A DNA stretch of 64,000 bases, taken from a virus. Made by a program: the position numbers and the translations under genes. Positions 46,708 through 56,087 of this stretch are shown one piece after another (within the stretch, counting starts at the first letter, position 1; each line of letters begins with the position of its first letter). The stretch covers positions 1 to 64,000 of IMG/VR virus record IMGVR_UViG_3300035242_000035; one strand, written 5' to 3'. The notes beneath the pieces are model-generated. The model saw nothing but the letters and a program-made list of their open reading frames with translations, was not told the DNA's origin and did not search any database.

Positions 46708-47126
46708 GCGCACACCTTGAGGACATCGGGACGGTCGTTCTCACCCCAGAAGAGCGGCGTCTGGACGACTTCGACTCGCCGGCCGCGCGCGAGGCCCGCT
46801 TCCGCTCGTTCTACGGCCTCCCTGGCGAACGACCGCTCACGGAGCACGACCTCGAGATCGCTCTCGGCGTGGCGCGTGGTGAGGAAGACGGCGCGGCCCG
46901 CGAACGGCTCGTCGCCGAGGTGGTGCAGCGCCTGGAGTTGATGCGGTCGTCCGGCCGCCTGGAGCGGTTGGCCTCGGACGCATCAGACCTCTGCGTCCTC
47001 ACCGCGGTCGCTGAGTTCGACCGGGACTGGAGCGAGGAGCAGCACCGCCGGGCCGTCGCGCTGGTGGGCCGGATCCAGACAACCCTCATGTTATTGGCGG
47101 GCCAGTTCGTGCGGGTGCCGCTATGA
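46704..47126 (+). CDS. hypothetical protein
   Basis: coupled overlaps. Confidence 0.6.
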   Translation: MSAHLEDIGTVVLTPEERRLDDFDSPAAREARFRSFYGLPGERPLTEHDLEIALGVARGEEDGAARERLVAEVVQRLELMRSSGRLERLASDASDLCVLTAVAEFDRDWSEEQHRRAVALVGRIQTTLMLLAGQFVRVPL

Positions 47127-47347
47127 GGGCTCCTAGTCCTTGGCGCACCACGCGCGCCCCCACGCCGAAGAAGTGGGCGGTCCGCGTCGACGGCAAGGTC
47201 GTGCAGGAGATCGAGGTGCTCGGCGCCAGCAACGCGGCGTCGGAGTACTTCCGGGCGGAAGCGAAGGCTGGTCGCTACCCGCCACGATGTAAGGTCGGCC
47301 AGATGGTGTTCCGCAACAGCCTCCACGCCGCCGCCGAGGGACGATGA
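47123..47347 (+). CDS. hypothetical protein
   Basis: coupled overlaps. Confidence 0.55.
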   Translation: MRAPSPWRTTRAPTPKKWAVRVDGKVVQEIEVLGASNAASEYFRAEAKAGRYPPRCKVGQMVFRNSLHAAAEGR

Positions 47348-47682
47348 TGCTGCGTGAGGCCCTCCGCCGGTTGTGGTGGCGCCTGACTGGTGCGGAGCGA
47401 GCGCCGGACGGGGATTCCTGCGAGGCCCTCGAGCTGTTCGCCGACGGAGAGTTGCCTCCGGAAGCCGCCGAGGACTTCCGAGGACACCTGGTGGCATGCG
47501 CGCGCTGTCAGCAGGGACTCCTGGACCACCTCCAACTCGAAGCCTTGGCGGAGCGCGCCACCCGCCTGTTGCGCGAGGTGGCGATGCCGGTGCACTGTGC
47601 TCAGTGCGGCGAGGCCGTGAAATGCGGGGGCTGCGGCACGCCGGTCTTCGTACAGGACGTGGCAGGGAAGAGGGCGTCTTGA
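47344..47682 (+). CDS. zf-HC2 (anti-sigma-like zinc finger) protein
   Basis: CEALELFADGELPPEAAEDFRGHLVACARC plus C-terminal CAQC..CGGC. Confidence 0.7.
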   Translation: MMLREALRRLWWRLTGAERAPDGDSCEALELFADGELPPEAAEDFRGHLVACARCQQGLLDHLQLEALAERATRLLREVAMPVHCAQCGEAVKCGGCGTPVFVQDVAGKRAS

Positions 47683-47925
47683 CCGCAGAGCACGAACAGC
47701 GCGAGGCCGAATGCTCGACGGCCATCGCCATCGTCCGCGCCCCGAACGGCGAGGCTGGCTCCTCGGACGATGCGGTCCAGACGTTGACCTCGGGGGAGAT
47801 GCCGCTGCGAGCAGCTCGAGCCTGGGCGCAGCGGGCCTGCGAGGCGCTCGGGGCGCGAGGTGCGACGTGGACTATCACCGAAATTCACGAGGTCGAGGCG
47901 CTGCGGGAGAGCGAGGGCCCGGCTC

Positions 47926-48489
47926 ATGGGTGACCAGGACAAGGAGGCGCGAAGACCCAAGGAGCGGCGGATCCGGGCAGTGGCCCGCGGAGCCGAATCG
48001 TCGGATCAGTCCTGTAAATCTCTGATTTCGCAGCACTCAGCCGCGGCGCCGAAACGTCAGGAGTCGGGGCGCGCGCGGACGGACGCGGGCAAACACAGCC
48101 CGGCCGACCCGGTGCCTCTCGACGTCCCGGAGCACGCTCAGAAGGCGTTGCTCCAGAATCCCGCCGCTGTCCGCCTCTTGGCGATGGCGCGCGCCGGCCG
48201 CCGGTTGGTCGTCCACACCCCGCGCAAGGACGGGGAGGCCGCGATGCTGCGCAGGCTGACCGCCGTCCTGACCCTGGAGAAGCTCGCCGCGGACCCCAAC
48301 GGAAGAGCGACCAGGAAACCGGACGTGGCCTGGCTGGTGGGCGTAACGGACCTCGGCGGGGTGGTGGTCTGCGGGCCCTCCCGAGCGCACGGCTGGTCCA
48401 GCGCGAAGCCGTGGGCGCTCAGGGCCGGGGCGGAGTTCTGGCTGGGCGTGATGGACGAGCTCTGCGGCGACGCGAAAGGAGAGGTGTGA
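47926..48489 (+). CDS. hypothetical protein
   Basis: operon packing. Confidence 0.5.
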   Translation: MGDQDKEARRPKERRIRAVARGAESSDQSCKSLISQHSAAAPKRQESGRARTDAGKHSPADPVPLDVPEHAQKALLQNPAAVRLLAMARAGRRLVVHTPRKDGEAAMLRRLTAVLTLEKLAADPNGRATRKPDVAWLVGVTDLGGVVVCGPSRAHGWSSAKPWALRAGAEFWLGVMDELCGDAKGEV

Positions 48490-48875
48490 TGCAGGACGAG
48501 AAGAACTCGACGGGGGTGGCGGGCCTGATCCTTCGATGCGTCCATGGCAGTGCGATCCGCGACGGCGCGGGCGAGGCCCTAGAACCTCCGTGCGGCTGTC
48601 GTGCTGATGGGTGGTTGACCGTCGCCAGACCACCAAAGAAGTCCGAGCGCCTATGTGGCGCTGATGTGCGCTGCCCTGTGGACCGGGGCCGGCTCGCAGA
48701 CGTAGCGCCCGATTACCAGTTCCTCCCGGACGACGCGACGCAGTACGACGATACCGGCGTCCACCTCCAGGCCCACTGCGAGAGGGGTTGCCTGCTCCAT
48801 ATCCACGTGACGCCGACAAGCTTTCGCGTCGAAGCGTGGGGCAAAGGTCTCGAGTTCGCCGGGCGGGGCGCATGA
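48489..48875 (+). CDS. Cys-rich hypothetical protein
   Basis: GAAAGGAGAGG SD. Confidence 0.5.
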   Translation: MQDEKNSTGVAGLILRCVHGSAIRDGAGEALEPPCGCRADGWLTVARPPKKSERLCGADVRCPVDRGRLADVAPDYQFLPDDATQYDDTGVHLQAHCERGCLLHIHVTPTSFRVEAWGKGLEFAGRGA

Positions 48876-49324
48876 GGCGACTCAAGACGGCGTCCGGACG
48901 GATCCGCGAGCGCGTGTGGCTGGAACATTTCGACGTAGAGGAGCCAGCGACGTCCCGATACCTCCTCCCATACGGCACCTACGTCTACGCCTGCGCGCAG
49001 TGGGAGGCGGAGTCGGTTCGCGTAGAGCAGCAGCGCTTCGATGCTTGGGCCCTGGAGAGGCTCGAGATGCTCTTGCTAGGGCCGCAGTGGGTGCTCGACC
49101 CGCCGCCGCGCGTGGAGACGTGGGACTACGCCCTGGTCGTCCTGGGCGGCGTATACCGACCCGTCCACCGGACGTTACTGAACGAGGCGCGGAACGCTGG
49201 TGCCAGGGTGGTGCTGCCGCCTGAACCGAGACCGACCATCCGGCAACTTCTGACGGAGAAGATCGCGACGCTCGAAGACGAATGGGGACTCCCGGCGGAG
49301 GTTGCTGGAAGTCGCCAGACGTAG
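48872..49324 (+). CDS. hypothetical protein
   Basis: ATGA overlap. Confidence 0.55.
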   Translation: MRRLKTASGRIRERVWLEHFDVEEPATSRYLLPYGTYVYACAQWEAESVRVEQQRFDAWALERLEMLLLGPQWVLDPPPRVETWDYALVVLGGVYRPVHRTLLNEARNAGARVVLPPEPRPTIRQLLTEKIATLEDEWGLPAEVAGSRQT

Positions 49325-49338
49325 GTAGGGTATCGGGC

Positions 49339-50115
49339 ATGAACCCCACCACGCCCGTTTCGATGCTCGCGCAGATGGTCCGCACCGGCGCCAAGCCCAC
49401 GCTCCCGGAGGCCGGAAGCTTCCTGGGCCGGACTGCGCGCGCCCCCGGCGTGTACCCGCTCGGGGACGGGAGATCGGAGATCGTCGGCGCGGACGGGAAG
49501 ACGGTAGGCGTGGTGAGCGACGAACAGATGTACGGCGACGAGGATACGGCCGCCGAGGCGCGGGACTTCATCGGCAACCGGCGAGCGCCGGGCGTCTACC
49601 AGGAGCGGTCGGGTGGGGTGGAGGTGGTGGGACAGGACGATGGTCCCTCGCTGTTCATGCCCGAGGAGGCGCTCTACGGAAAGGGCGATGAGGATGGTGA
49701 TGAGGGTGTCGATGCGGCGACCATGGCGCGGATGATGATTCGCGGCGGCGGAGGGTCGCCTGCTCGCGAGCAGCCGCAGGCCAGCATGGCCTCGCTCATC
49801 AGGGGAAAAGACGGTCCCGTGAATCTCGCCAGCGCTGGTGAACCGGGCCCCGCGGCGGCGAACCAGCGCCGCGCTCCAGGCGTTTACCCGCTCGGCGGCG
49901 GCATGTCTGAGGTGGTCGGCGCGGACGGGGTGGCGCGGATCATCTCCGACGAGCAGCTCTACGGCGGGCAGGAGCGGACAGGCGACACCTCCGACCAGGC
50001 GCGCCGGGCCATCGCCCTCGGCTGGGAGCAGCAGATGGTTCCCAAACCGGCCAACGTGTCGAACCCCGAGACGCTGGCCACGCTTATCCGCGGCATCCCC
50101 GGGCGCGGACGCTGA
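49339..50115 (+). CDS. hypothetical protein with three RAPGVY...E.VG.DG repeats
   Basis: internal repeats visible in translation. Confidence 0.65.
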   Translation: MNPTTPVSMLAQMVRTGAKPTLPEAGSFLGRTARAPGVYPLGDGRSEIVGADGKTVGVVSDEQMYGDEDTAAEARDFIGNRRAPGVYQERSGGVEVVGQDDGPSLFMPEEALYGKGDEDGDEGVDAATMARMMIRGGGGSPAREQPQASMASLIRGKDGPVNLASAGEPGPAAANQRRAPGVYPLGGGMSEVVGADGVARIISDEQLYGGQERTGDTSDQARRAIALGWEQQMVPKPANVSNPETLATLIRGIPGRGR

Positions 50116-50400
50116 AGCAGCGCGGAGTGTCCAATGACGCAGCCGACGAACGCCGCACCCAGGACGATCACGGTCCACGTCCACCCGAGCATGTGGACCG
50201 AGATCCTGAGCTGGCTAGGCCGCAAGCACGGCCTCGCCCGTGCCCCAGCGGACAATGAGGTGCTGGTCTGGCGGTGGCCCATCATCACCGTCCAGGCGGT
50301 ACCGATGATCAGGCCCCCGATCTGGGGAGTTACGTGAGCTCAAACAACGCCTTGTTGGCGCGGCTGAAGCGCGACTGACGCGAGCAGGACGAACGTCCTC

Positions 50401-51804
50401 GTGGAAGTCGTCCTCCCCAACCTCTTCGTCCCCCGCTGGTACCAGAGCCAGTTCATGGCCTGGTTCGATCATGGCGGTCGGCGGAGCATCGAGGTGTGGC
50501 ACCGACGCTCGGGCAAGGACTTCACCGCCATGCACCAGACCTGCAAGATGGCGCACCGCAGGCGCGGGCTGTACTGGCACATCTTCCCCACCGAGGCGCA
50601 GGGCCGGAAGGCCATCTGGCAGGGCTTCACCAAGGACGGGCAGCGGCTGATGGAGCTCGTCTTCCCGAAGGCGATCCGCCGCTCACCCCGGGAGTGGACG
50701 CCCAACGCCCAGATGGTGGTGGAGCTCAAGTGCGGCTCTATCTGGAGGCTCACGGGCTCGGACCGCATCGAGAACGTGGGAGCTGGCCCGGCCGGGGTGG
50801 TGTTCTCGGAGTTCGCGCTCGCGAAGCCGGGGGGCTGGGACTACATCCGCCCGATGCTCCGCGAGAGCGACGGCTGGGCCACCTTCCTCACGACGCCCCG
50901 CGGGAAGAACCACGCCTGGAGCCTGTGGGAGAAGGCCGGCGGGCTGGCGGACTGGCGGCGCCAGCTACTGGGGTTGCGCGACACCGGGGCCTACCCCTAC
51001 GAGGAGACCCTGGCAAAGGAGCGGGCCGAGGGTATGGCCGATGAACTCATCGACCAGGAGTACAACTGCTCCTGGACGGCGGCGCTGGTGGGCTCGTACT
51101 ACAGCTCGCTGCTCCGCGAGCTTGAGGAGCGCGGCGGACTGCGCGAGTTCCAGCACCCGAAGGACGAGATATTCACCACCTGGGACCTCGGGCACGGGGA
51201 CTCCACGGCGATCTGGTGGTGGCGGCTGGCCGAGCCGCGTGGGAGCGGGGTGGAGTTCATCGACCACTACGAGTCCCACTCGAAACCGATGTCCCACTAC
51301 TTCCAGAAGGTGCGCGAGCGACCGTGGATGGTGAAGAAGCACTGGCTGCCCCACGACGCGCGGGCGAAGACGCTTCAGACCGGGCGGAGCATCCTCGACA
51401 TGGCGCTGGCCGAGTGGGGTCCGCACGCGGTGGAGATTGTCCCAGAGATTGGCGTGCAGGACGGCATCCAAGCCCTGCGCAAGCTGCTCCAACAGAAGGG
51501 GACGAGGTTCCACCCGCGGTGCTCGAGGACGGAGGACCCGTCGGACTCCGACGGGGTGGAGTGCCTGCGCGCTTATCGCAAGAAGTGGGACGAGGTGCGG
51601 AAGTGCTTCTCGGCGGAGCCGATCCACGACTGGAGTTCTGATTCCGCCGACGGGGCCCGCTATACGGCGGTGGTCGAGCAGATCACCGATTCGATGACGA
51701 AGCCCGTGCCTCCCCGGCCGCCGCCGCGGCCCGCGTCCTCCGCCACGCTGGAGGAGTTGCACGGGGAACGCGAGCGGTGGGCGAAGGACCGCGGAAGGTT
51801 GTAG
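50401..51804 (+). CDS. terL: terminase large subunit
   Basis: PRWYQ, WHRRSGKD (Walker A), VVFSE, TTPRG, TWDLGHGDSTAIW, HDWSSDSADGARY. Confidence 0.95.
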   Translation: MEVVLPNLFVPRWYQSQFMAWFDHGGRRSIEVWHRRSGKDFTAMHQTCKMAHRRRGLYWHIFPTEAQGRKAIWQGFTKDGQRLMELVFPKAIRRSPREWTPNAQMVVELKCGSIWRLTGSDRIENVGAGPAGVVFSEFALAKPGGWDYIRPMLRESDGWATFLTTPRGKNHAWSLWEKAGGLADWRRQLLGLRDTGAYPYEETLAKERAEGMADELIDQEYNCSWTAALVGSYYSSLLRELEERGGLREFQHPKDEIFTTWDLGHGDSTAIWWWRLAEPRGSGVEFIDHYESHSKPMSHYFQKVRERPWMVKKHWLPHDARAKTLQTGRSILDMALAEWGPHAVEIVPEIGVQDGIQALRKLLQQKGTRFHPRCSRTEDPSDSDGVECLRAYRKKWDEVRKCFSAEPIHDWSSDSADGARYTAVVEQITDSMTKPVPPRPPPRPASSATLEELHGERERWAKDRGRL

Positions 51805-51991
51805 GAGTTGCGAAGTGGGCCGAGCGCTGGCAGTGTTGGTGATGCCGTACCGAAAAGGAGAGGGCTCGTGAACGTGTTGATGATGCAGGACGCGATGCGC
51901 AAGGCCGGCGACGTGGTGTCAGTCAGAGAAGCGCGCCGATTTATGCTGTCGGCCTCGGCCGCCGCTCCGACGAGCGCCCGTTCCGTTCGCG

Positions 51992-52066
51992 GCAAAGGTG
52001 GCGCCCAGTGGGTGGCGCACCGCGCTCTGAACGCGGGGGTTGTCGGTTCGATCCCGACCCTCGGAG
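51992..52066 (+). tRNA. degenerate tRNA-Gln(CTG)-like element
   Basis: anticodon arm CCGCG-CTCTGAA-CGCGG, T arm GTCGG-TTCGATC-CCGAC; acceptor stem poorly paired. Confidence 0.5.
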
Positions 52067-52074
52067 CTGAAGGT

Positions 52075-52141
52075 GGCCTGGCGATGGAAGACGCTGACCC
52101 CTTGAAGGTCGAGCGGTCGGGTTCGAGTCCCGGACGGGCCG
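52075..52141 (+). tRNA. degenerate tRNA-Gln(TTG)-like element
   Basis: TGACC-CCTTGAA-GGTCG, TCGGG-TTCGAGT-CCCGG, GGCCTG/CGGGCC acceptor; short D region, C at position 33. Confidence 0.45.
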
Positions 52142-52153
52142 AGAGGAGAAGTC

Positions 52154-52534
52154 ATGGTGGAAGTCACTCGTAGCGCAACGTGGACGTGTGGGAAGTGTGG
52201 CGCGAAGACGACGACCGGCCTCTCGGCCGCGAGCCAGGACGTCGCCATGCCGGTGACGCACAGCGGGCCAGTCAGTGGCGGTTCAGGCGACGCCCACCTG
52301 TGTCCGGAGTGCGCACCGGCGCTGGCCGAGTCGCTGCGCGTAGAGGAGATGAGCGCCGCCGCGGTGGACGTGCGAGGACTTCGAGATCGCGTCGACTGCG
52401 CGGAGGCAATCTGCGAGCAGCTGCGCGACCTGCTCGAAGCGGTCGAGGCGGGCGCGCGGGACGTCACCGAGAACCAGATGGGGCGACTCCGCACCCTCCT
52501 CAAGAATTTCCGGCCTCGGCCTCCGGGCCCATGA
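52154..52534 (+). CDS. Zn-ribbon hypothetical protein
   Basis: GAGGAG SD; CGKC...CPEC. Confidence 0.6.
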   Translation: MVEVTRSATWTCGKCGAKTTTGLSAASQDVAMPVTHSGPVSGGSGDAHLCPECAPALAESLRVEEMSAAAVDVRGLRDRVDCAEAICEQLRDLLEAVEAGARDVTENQMGRLRTLLKNFRPRPPGP

Positions 52535-52607
52535 TTACAGGCCAGGAGGCTTGAACGCGTGGCCCCGGCCAGACGGGGCAACAACCCAAGCCAGAGAGGT
52601 AATCGCA

Positions 52608-53027
52608 ATGAACAAGACGGAACACGACGGATCCATCGGCGGTATCGGAGCACCGCGGACGTTCAGGCTGGAGCGGACCGAGGACAAGACCGGCGTCAGC
52701 GGCAACGGCCTGGTGGCGGAGGGCTGCGTTTTCTCGGACGGGACCACCGTCATCCGCTGGCGGACGCAGTACCGCTCCACCACTGTGTACGCGTCGGCGA
52801 GGGAGGCGCAGGCCATCCACGGTCACGGCGGGGCGACGCTGATCAAGTACGACGGGTACGAGGGCGCGCTGGCGCTGGCCTGCTCGAACTGCGCGCACGC
52901 GATGGGTGACCACGTGGCGGACAACGCGGCAATCTGCATCGCCGGGGGCTGCTCGTGCTGCCTGATGGAGCACCCGGAATTCCACGCGGTGGCCGGGCCC
53001 GAGACGCAGCGGTCCCAGGCCGCCTGA
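52608..53027 (+). CDS. conserved phage hypothetical protein
   Basis: F.L.R.ED.TGVSG.G.VAEG..FSDG...IHGHGG.T pattern. Confidence 0.7.
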   Translation: MNKTEHDGSIGGIGAPRTFRLERTEDKTGVSGNGLVAEGCVFSDGTTVIRWRTQYRSTTVYASAREAQAIHGHGGATLIKYDGYEGALALACSNCAHAMGDHVADNAAICIAGGCSCCLMEHPEFHAVAGPETQRSQAA

Positions 53028-53082
53028 TGATGTCCGCGTGGCCCCGGCGACACGGGGCGTTCAACCCCAACAGGAGGAGAGC

Positions 53083-53382
53083 ATGAACATCAGACCACTG
53101 CAGGACCGGATCCTTGTTCGGAGGACCCCGGAGAAGACCTCATCGCCCGGGGGGATCATTATCCCCGATGTCGTGAAGGAGAAGCCGCTCGAGGGCAAGG
53201 TGGTCGCGGTGGGCAATGGCAAGGTCCTCGAGGACGGCAAGGTGCGGCCGCTGGACATCAAGGCGGGCGACACCGTGCTCTTCAGCAAGTACGCCGGCAC
53301 CGAGATCAAGATCGAGGGCGAGGACCACCTCATCCTCCGCGAGGAAGACGTCCTCGGCGTGATCGAGGGAGGTGCGGCATGA
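53083..53382 (+). CDS. groES: co-chaperonin GroES (Cpn10)
   Basis: [42 protein letters not shown]. Confidence 0.97.
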   Translation: MNIRPLQDRILVRRTPEKTSSPGGIIIPDVVKEKPLEGKVVAVGNGKVLEDGKVRPLDIKAGDTVLFSKYAGTEIKIEGEDHLILREEDVLGVIEGGAA

Positions 53383-53909
53383 CGAACGAGCAGATCGCAA
53401 GGGTGTGCCACGAAGCCAATCGGGCCTACTGCGAGAGCATCGGCGACGCGAGCCAGAAGCCGTGGGACCAAGCCGAGGAGTGGCAGCGGAAGAGCGCGGT
53501 CGATGGCGTGGCCTTCGCCCGCGAGAACCCGAACGCGCCGGCCCGCGCCCAGCACGACTCCTGGATGGCGGACAAACTCAGGGACGGCTGGAAGTACGGG
53601 CCGGTGAAGGACCCCGCGAAGAAGGAGCACCCGTGCCTGGTGTCCTACGGTGATCTGCCCGAGGAGCAGCGGCGCAAGGACAGGCTCTTCCAATCCTTGG
53701 TGAGGGCGCTGGCCACCGAGTCCGCCGCGAGCCCGGTTGACAAGAAGCCCATCCCCATCACCGGCGCGTGGCTGCGCCGCCAGGGCGACAAGGCCGAGAT
53801 GCTCGTGGAGGTCGATGGGGAGTGGCGCCTCGTCGCCGTCGAGCCGCTCGACAGCCCGTTCAGCCACATCGCCGAGCCCTCGAACATCCTCAAGGCCCAG
53901 CGGGCGTGA
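53379..53909 (+). CDS. RyR-domain phage protein
   Basis: [44 protein letters not shown]. Confidence 0.85.
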   Translation: MTNEQIARVCHEANRAYCESIGDASQKPWDQAEEWQRKSAVDGVAFARENPNAPARAQHDSWMADKLRDGWKYGPVKDPAKKEHPCLVSYGDLPEEQRRKDRLFQSLVRALATESAASPVDKKPIPITGAWLRRQGDKAEMLVEVDGEWRLVAVEPLDSPFSHIAEPSNILKAQRA

Positions 53910-53950
53910 CGGTGGCGCTATAGCGGGCGACTCAGCTACCGTCGCCCGCT

Positions 53951-55984
53951 ATGGCGGACCCCACGAGCGACACCGAGCAGCCGGACGACTTCGAGGACAC
54001 CCCGAGCGGGTGGGCGTCCCGTTGGAAGGCGGAGCTGGAGACCTCCGACAAGGAGCTCCAGTCCTGGCACAAGGCCGGCGAGGAAGTGGAGAAGCGATAC
54101 CGCTGCGAGGACGTGCTCCCGAAGGAGGACGAGCCAGCGCGATGGGAGCTCTTCACCGCCAACGTGGAGAACCAGCGCCGGCAACTCTACGCCCAGGTGC
54201 CGAAGGTGACCGTCTCGCGACGCTTCATGGACGCGGACGACGACGACGCGCGGGTGGCGGCGGTCATGATGGAGCGCCTGCTCAACACCGACATCGAGCG
54301 GGCCTCCGACACCTTCGCCCAGGCGCTTGGACACGCGGTGGACGACCGGCTGCTGCCTGGGCTGGGGGCCAAGCGCGTCCGGTACGAGACCGGGCCGATC
54401 CAGGTGCTGCCGGGGAAACCGGCGATGACGAGGGTGGACCCGGCGACGGGCGCGGTGGTGGAGATCGCCCCGGCCGTGCCGGACGTTGAGACCAAGCCGC
54501 TCGAGGACGCATGCGTCGACTACGTGCACTGGCGGGATTTCCGCTGGAGCCCGTGCCGCACCTGGGAGGAGGTGCGCTGGGTCGCCTTCGGGTGCGACAT
54601 GTCCAGGCGCCAGCTGGTGAAGCGGTTTGGCGAGGAGATCGGCCGCGCCGTGCCGCTGAAGAACCGCCGGCCGGGCTCGGAGGACGGGCCGACCGCCCAG
54701 CCGTGGGGCCGCGCGCGGGTGTGGGAGGTGTGGAGCAAGGAGGACGACCGGCAGGTGTTCTGGTGGGCGGAGGGCTACCCCACCATCCTGGACCGGAAGC
54801 AGGACCCGCTAGGGCTGGAGAACTTCTTCCCGTGCTGCCAGCCGCTGCTCTCGCTGGCCACCTCGAGCACGCTGGTGCCGCGGCCGCCGTACGTGCTGGC
54901 GCAGGACCTGTACCGGGAGATCAACAACCTGACCGGCCGCATCCGCGAGCTCCAGGAGAGCGTCGTCGTCCGCGGCGTCTACGACAAGGCGTTCCAGGAG
55001 CTCGGGACGTTGCTCAGCGGCGGGAAGTCGGGGGAGCTCATCCCCGTGGAGATGTGGGCGAAGTTCATGGAGCGCGGCGGCTTCGCGGGGGCGTTCCAGA
55101 TGCTCCCGCTGGCCGACATGGTGGCGGCGATGGACAAGCTCCGCGACCTCCGCTCCGAGGACGTGGCGATGCTGATGCAGGTGACCGGGGACTCGGACCT
55201 GGTGCGCGGGCAGCAGTTGGAGAACGGGACGCCAGGCGAGGCGGCGGTCAAGGCGCGCTTCGCGTCCCTGCGCGGACAGAGCCTGCAGGACAAGGTGGCG
55301 GAGTTCGCCGCCGGGACGCTGCGGCTCAGGGCGGAGATCATCTCGAAGCACTTCGACGTGGCCACCATCGTGGCGCGGTCCAACATCCTGATGACCACCG
55401 ACGCCCCGCGGGCAGAGCGCGCCGCCAGGCTCATCAAGGAGCGGCTGTTCTGGCTGCGCATCGAAGTGAAGCCCGAGGCCGTGGGGATGGCGGACTTCGC
55501 GGCCATCAAGAGCGAGCGCCTGGAGGTGGTGCAGGCCATCGGGGAGTTCGTCCAGGCCACGCTGCCCGTCGCCCAGACGATGCCTGGCTCGATGCCCTTC
55601 CTGCTGAAGGTTCTCCGGTGGGCGGTGGCCTCGCTCAAGGGTTCGCAGGAGATTGAGGGCGTCATCGACTCCGCGGTGGACGCCGCGACCGAGCAGGCGA
55701 AGCAGCCCCAGCAGGCGCAGGGCGGTCCTCCTCCCGACATGTCGAAACTCATGGCCGAGCAGGCCAAGCAGCGGACGGTGCAGGCGAAGTCCCAGGCCGA
55801 CCTGGCGAAGGTCGACGCGGAACTCCGGGCGGACTTGGCGCGGTCGCAGGCAGACGTCCAGGCCGAGGAAGCGAAGCAACGGGCCCAGACGGTGTGGAAC
55901 GCGGTGGAGGAGCGGAACAGGAAGTTGGCGGCGACGGAGGTGCCGGTGCGCCCGCCGCCCGCTGCGCCGTTCGGCGGGCTCTGA
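53951..55984 (+). CDS. portal protein
   Basis: 677 aa between TerL and scaffold/capsid; 'DYVHWRDF', 'VWEVW.K', 'DPLGLENFFPC', 'VTGDSDLVRG', Gln-rich helical tail. Confidence 0.85.
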   Translation: MADPTSDTEQPDDFEDTPSGWASRWKAELETSDKELQSWHKAGEEVEKRYRCEDVLPKEDEPARWELFTANVENQRRQLYAQVPKVTVSRRFMDADDDDARVAAVMMERLLNTDIERASDTFAQALGHAVDDRLLPGLGAKRVRYETGPIQVLPGKPAMTRVDPATGAVVEIAPAVPDVETKPLEDACVDYVHWRDFRWSPCRTWEEVRWVAFGCDMSRRQLVKRFGEEIGRAVPLKNRRPGSEDGPTAQPWGRARVWEVWSKEDDRQVFWWAEGYPTILDRKQDPLGLENFFPCCQPLLSLATSSTLVPRPPYVLAQDLYREINNLTGRIRELQESVVVRGVYDKAFQELGTLLSGGKSGELIPVEMWAKFMERGGFAGAFQMLPLADMVAAMDKLRDLRSEDVAMLMQVTGDSDLVRGQQLENGTPGEAAVKARFASLRGQSLQDKVAEFAAGTLRLRAEIISKHFDVATIVARSNILMTTDAPRAERAARLIKERLFWLRIEVKPEAVGMADFAAIKSERLEVVQAIGEFVQATLPVAQTMPGSMPFLLKVLRWAVASLKGSQEIEGVIDSAVDAATEQAKQPQQAQGGPPPDMSKLMAEQAKQRTVQAKSQADLAKVDAELRADLARSQADVQAEEAKQRAQTVWNAVEERNRKLAATEVPVRPPPAAPFGGL

Positions 55985-56087
55985 TCCACGCCGCAGCGGC
56001 TTGACGGCGCGGCGCACCCGTGGGCATCGTCGCCGGTGAAGCGCTGGCCGGCGACCTCACTCACGGCCTGGAAAGGAGAGGACGCCG

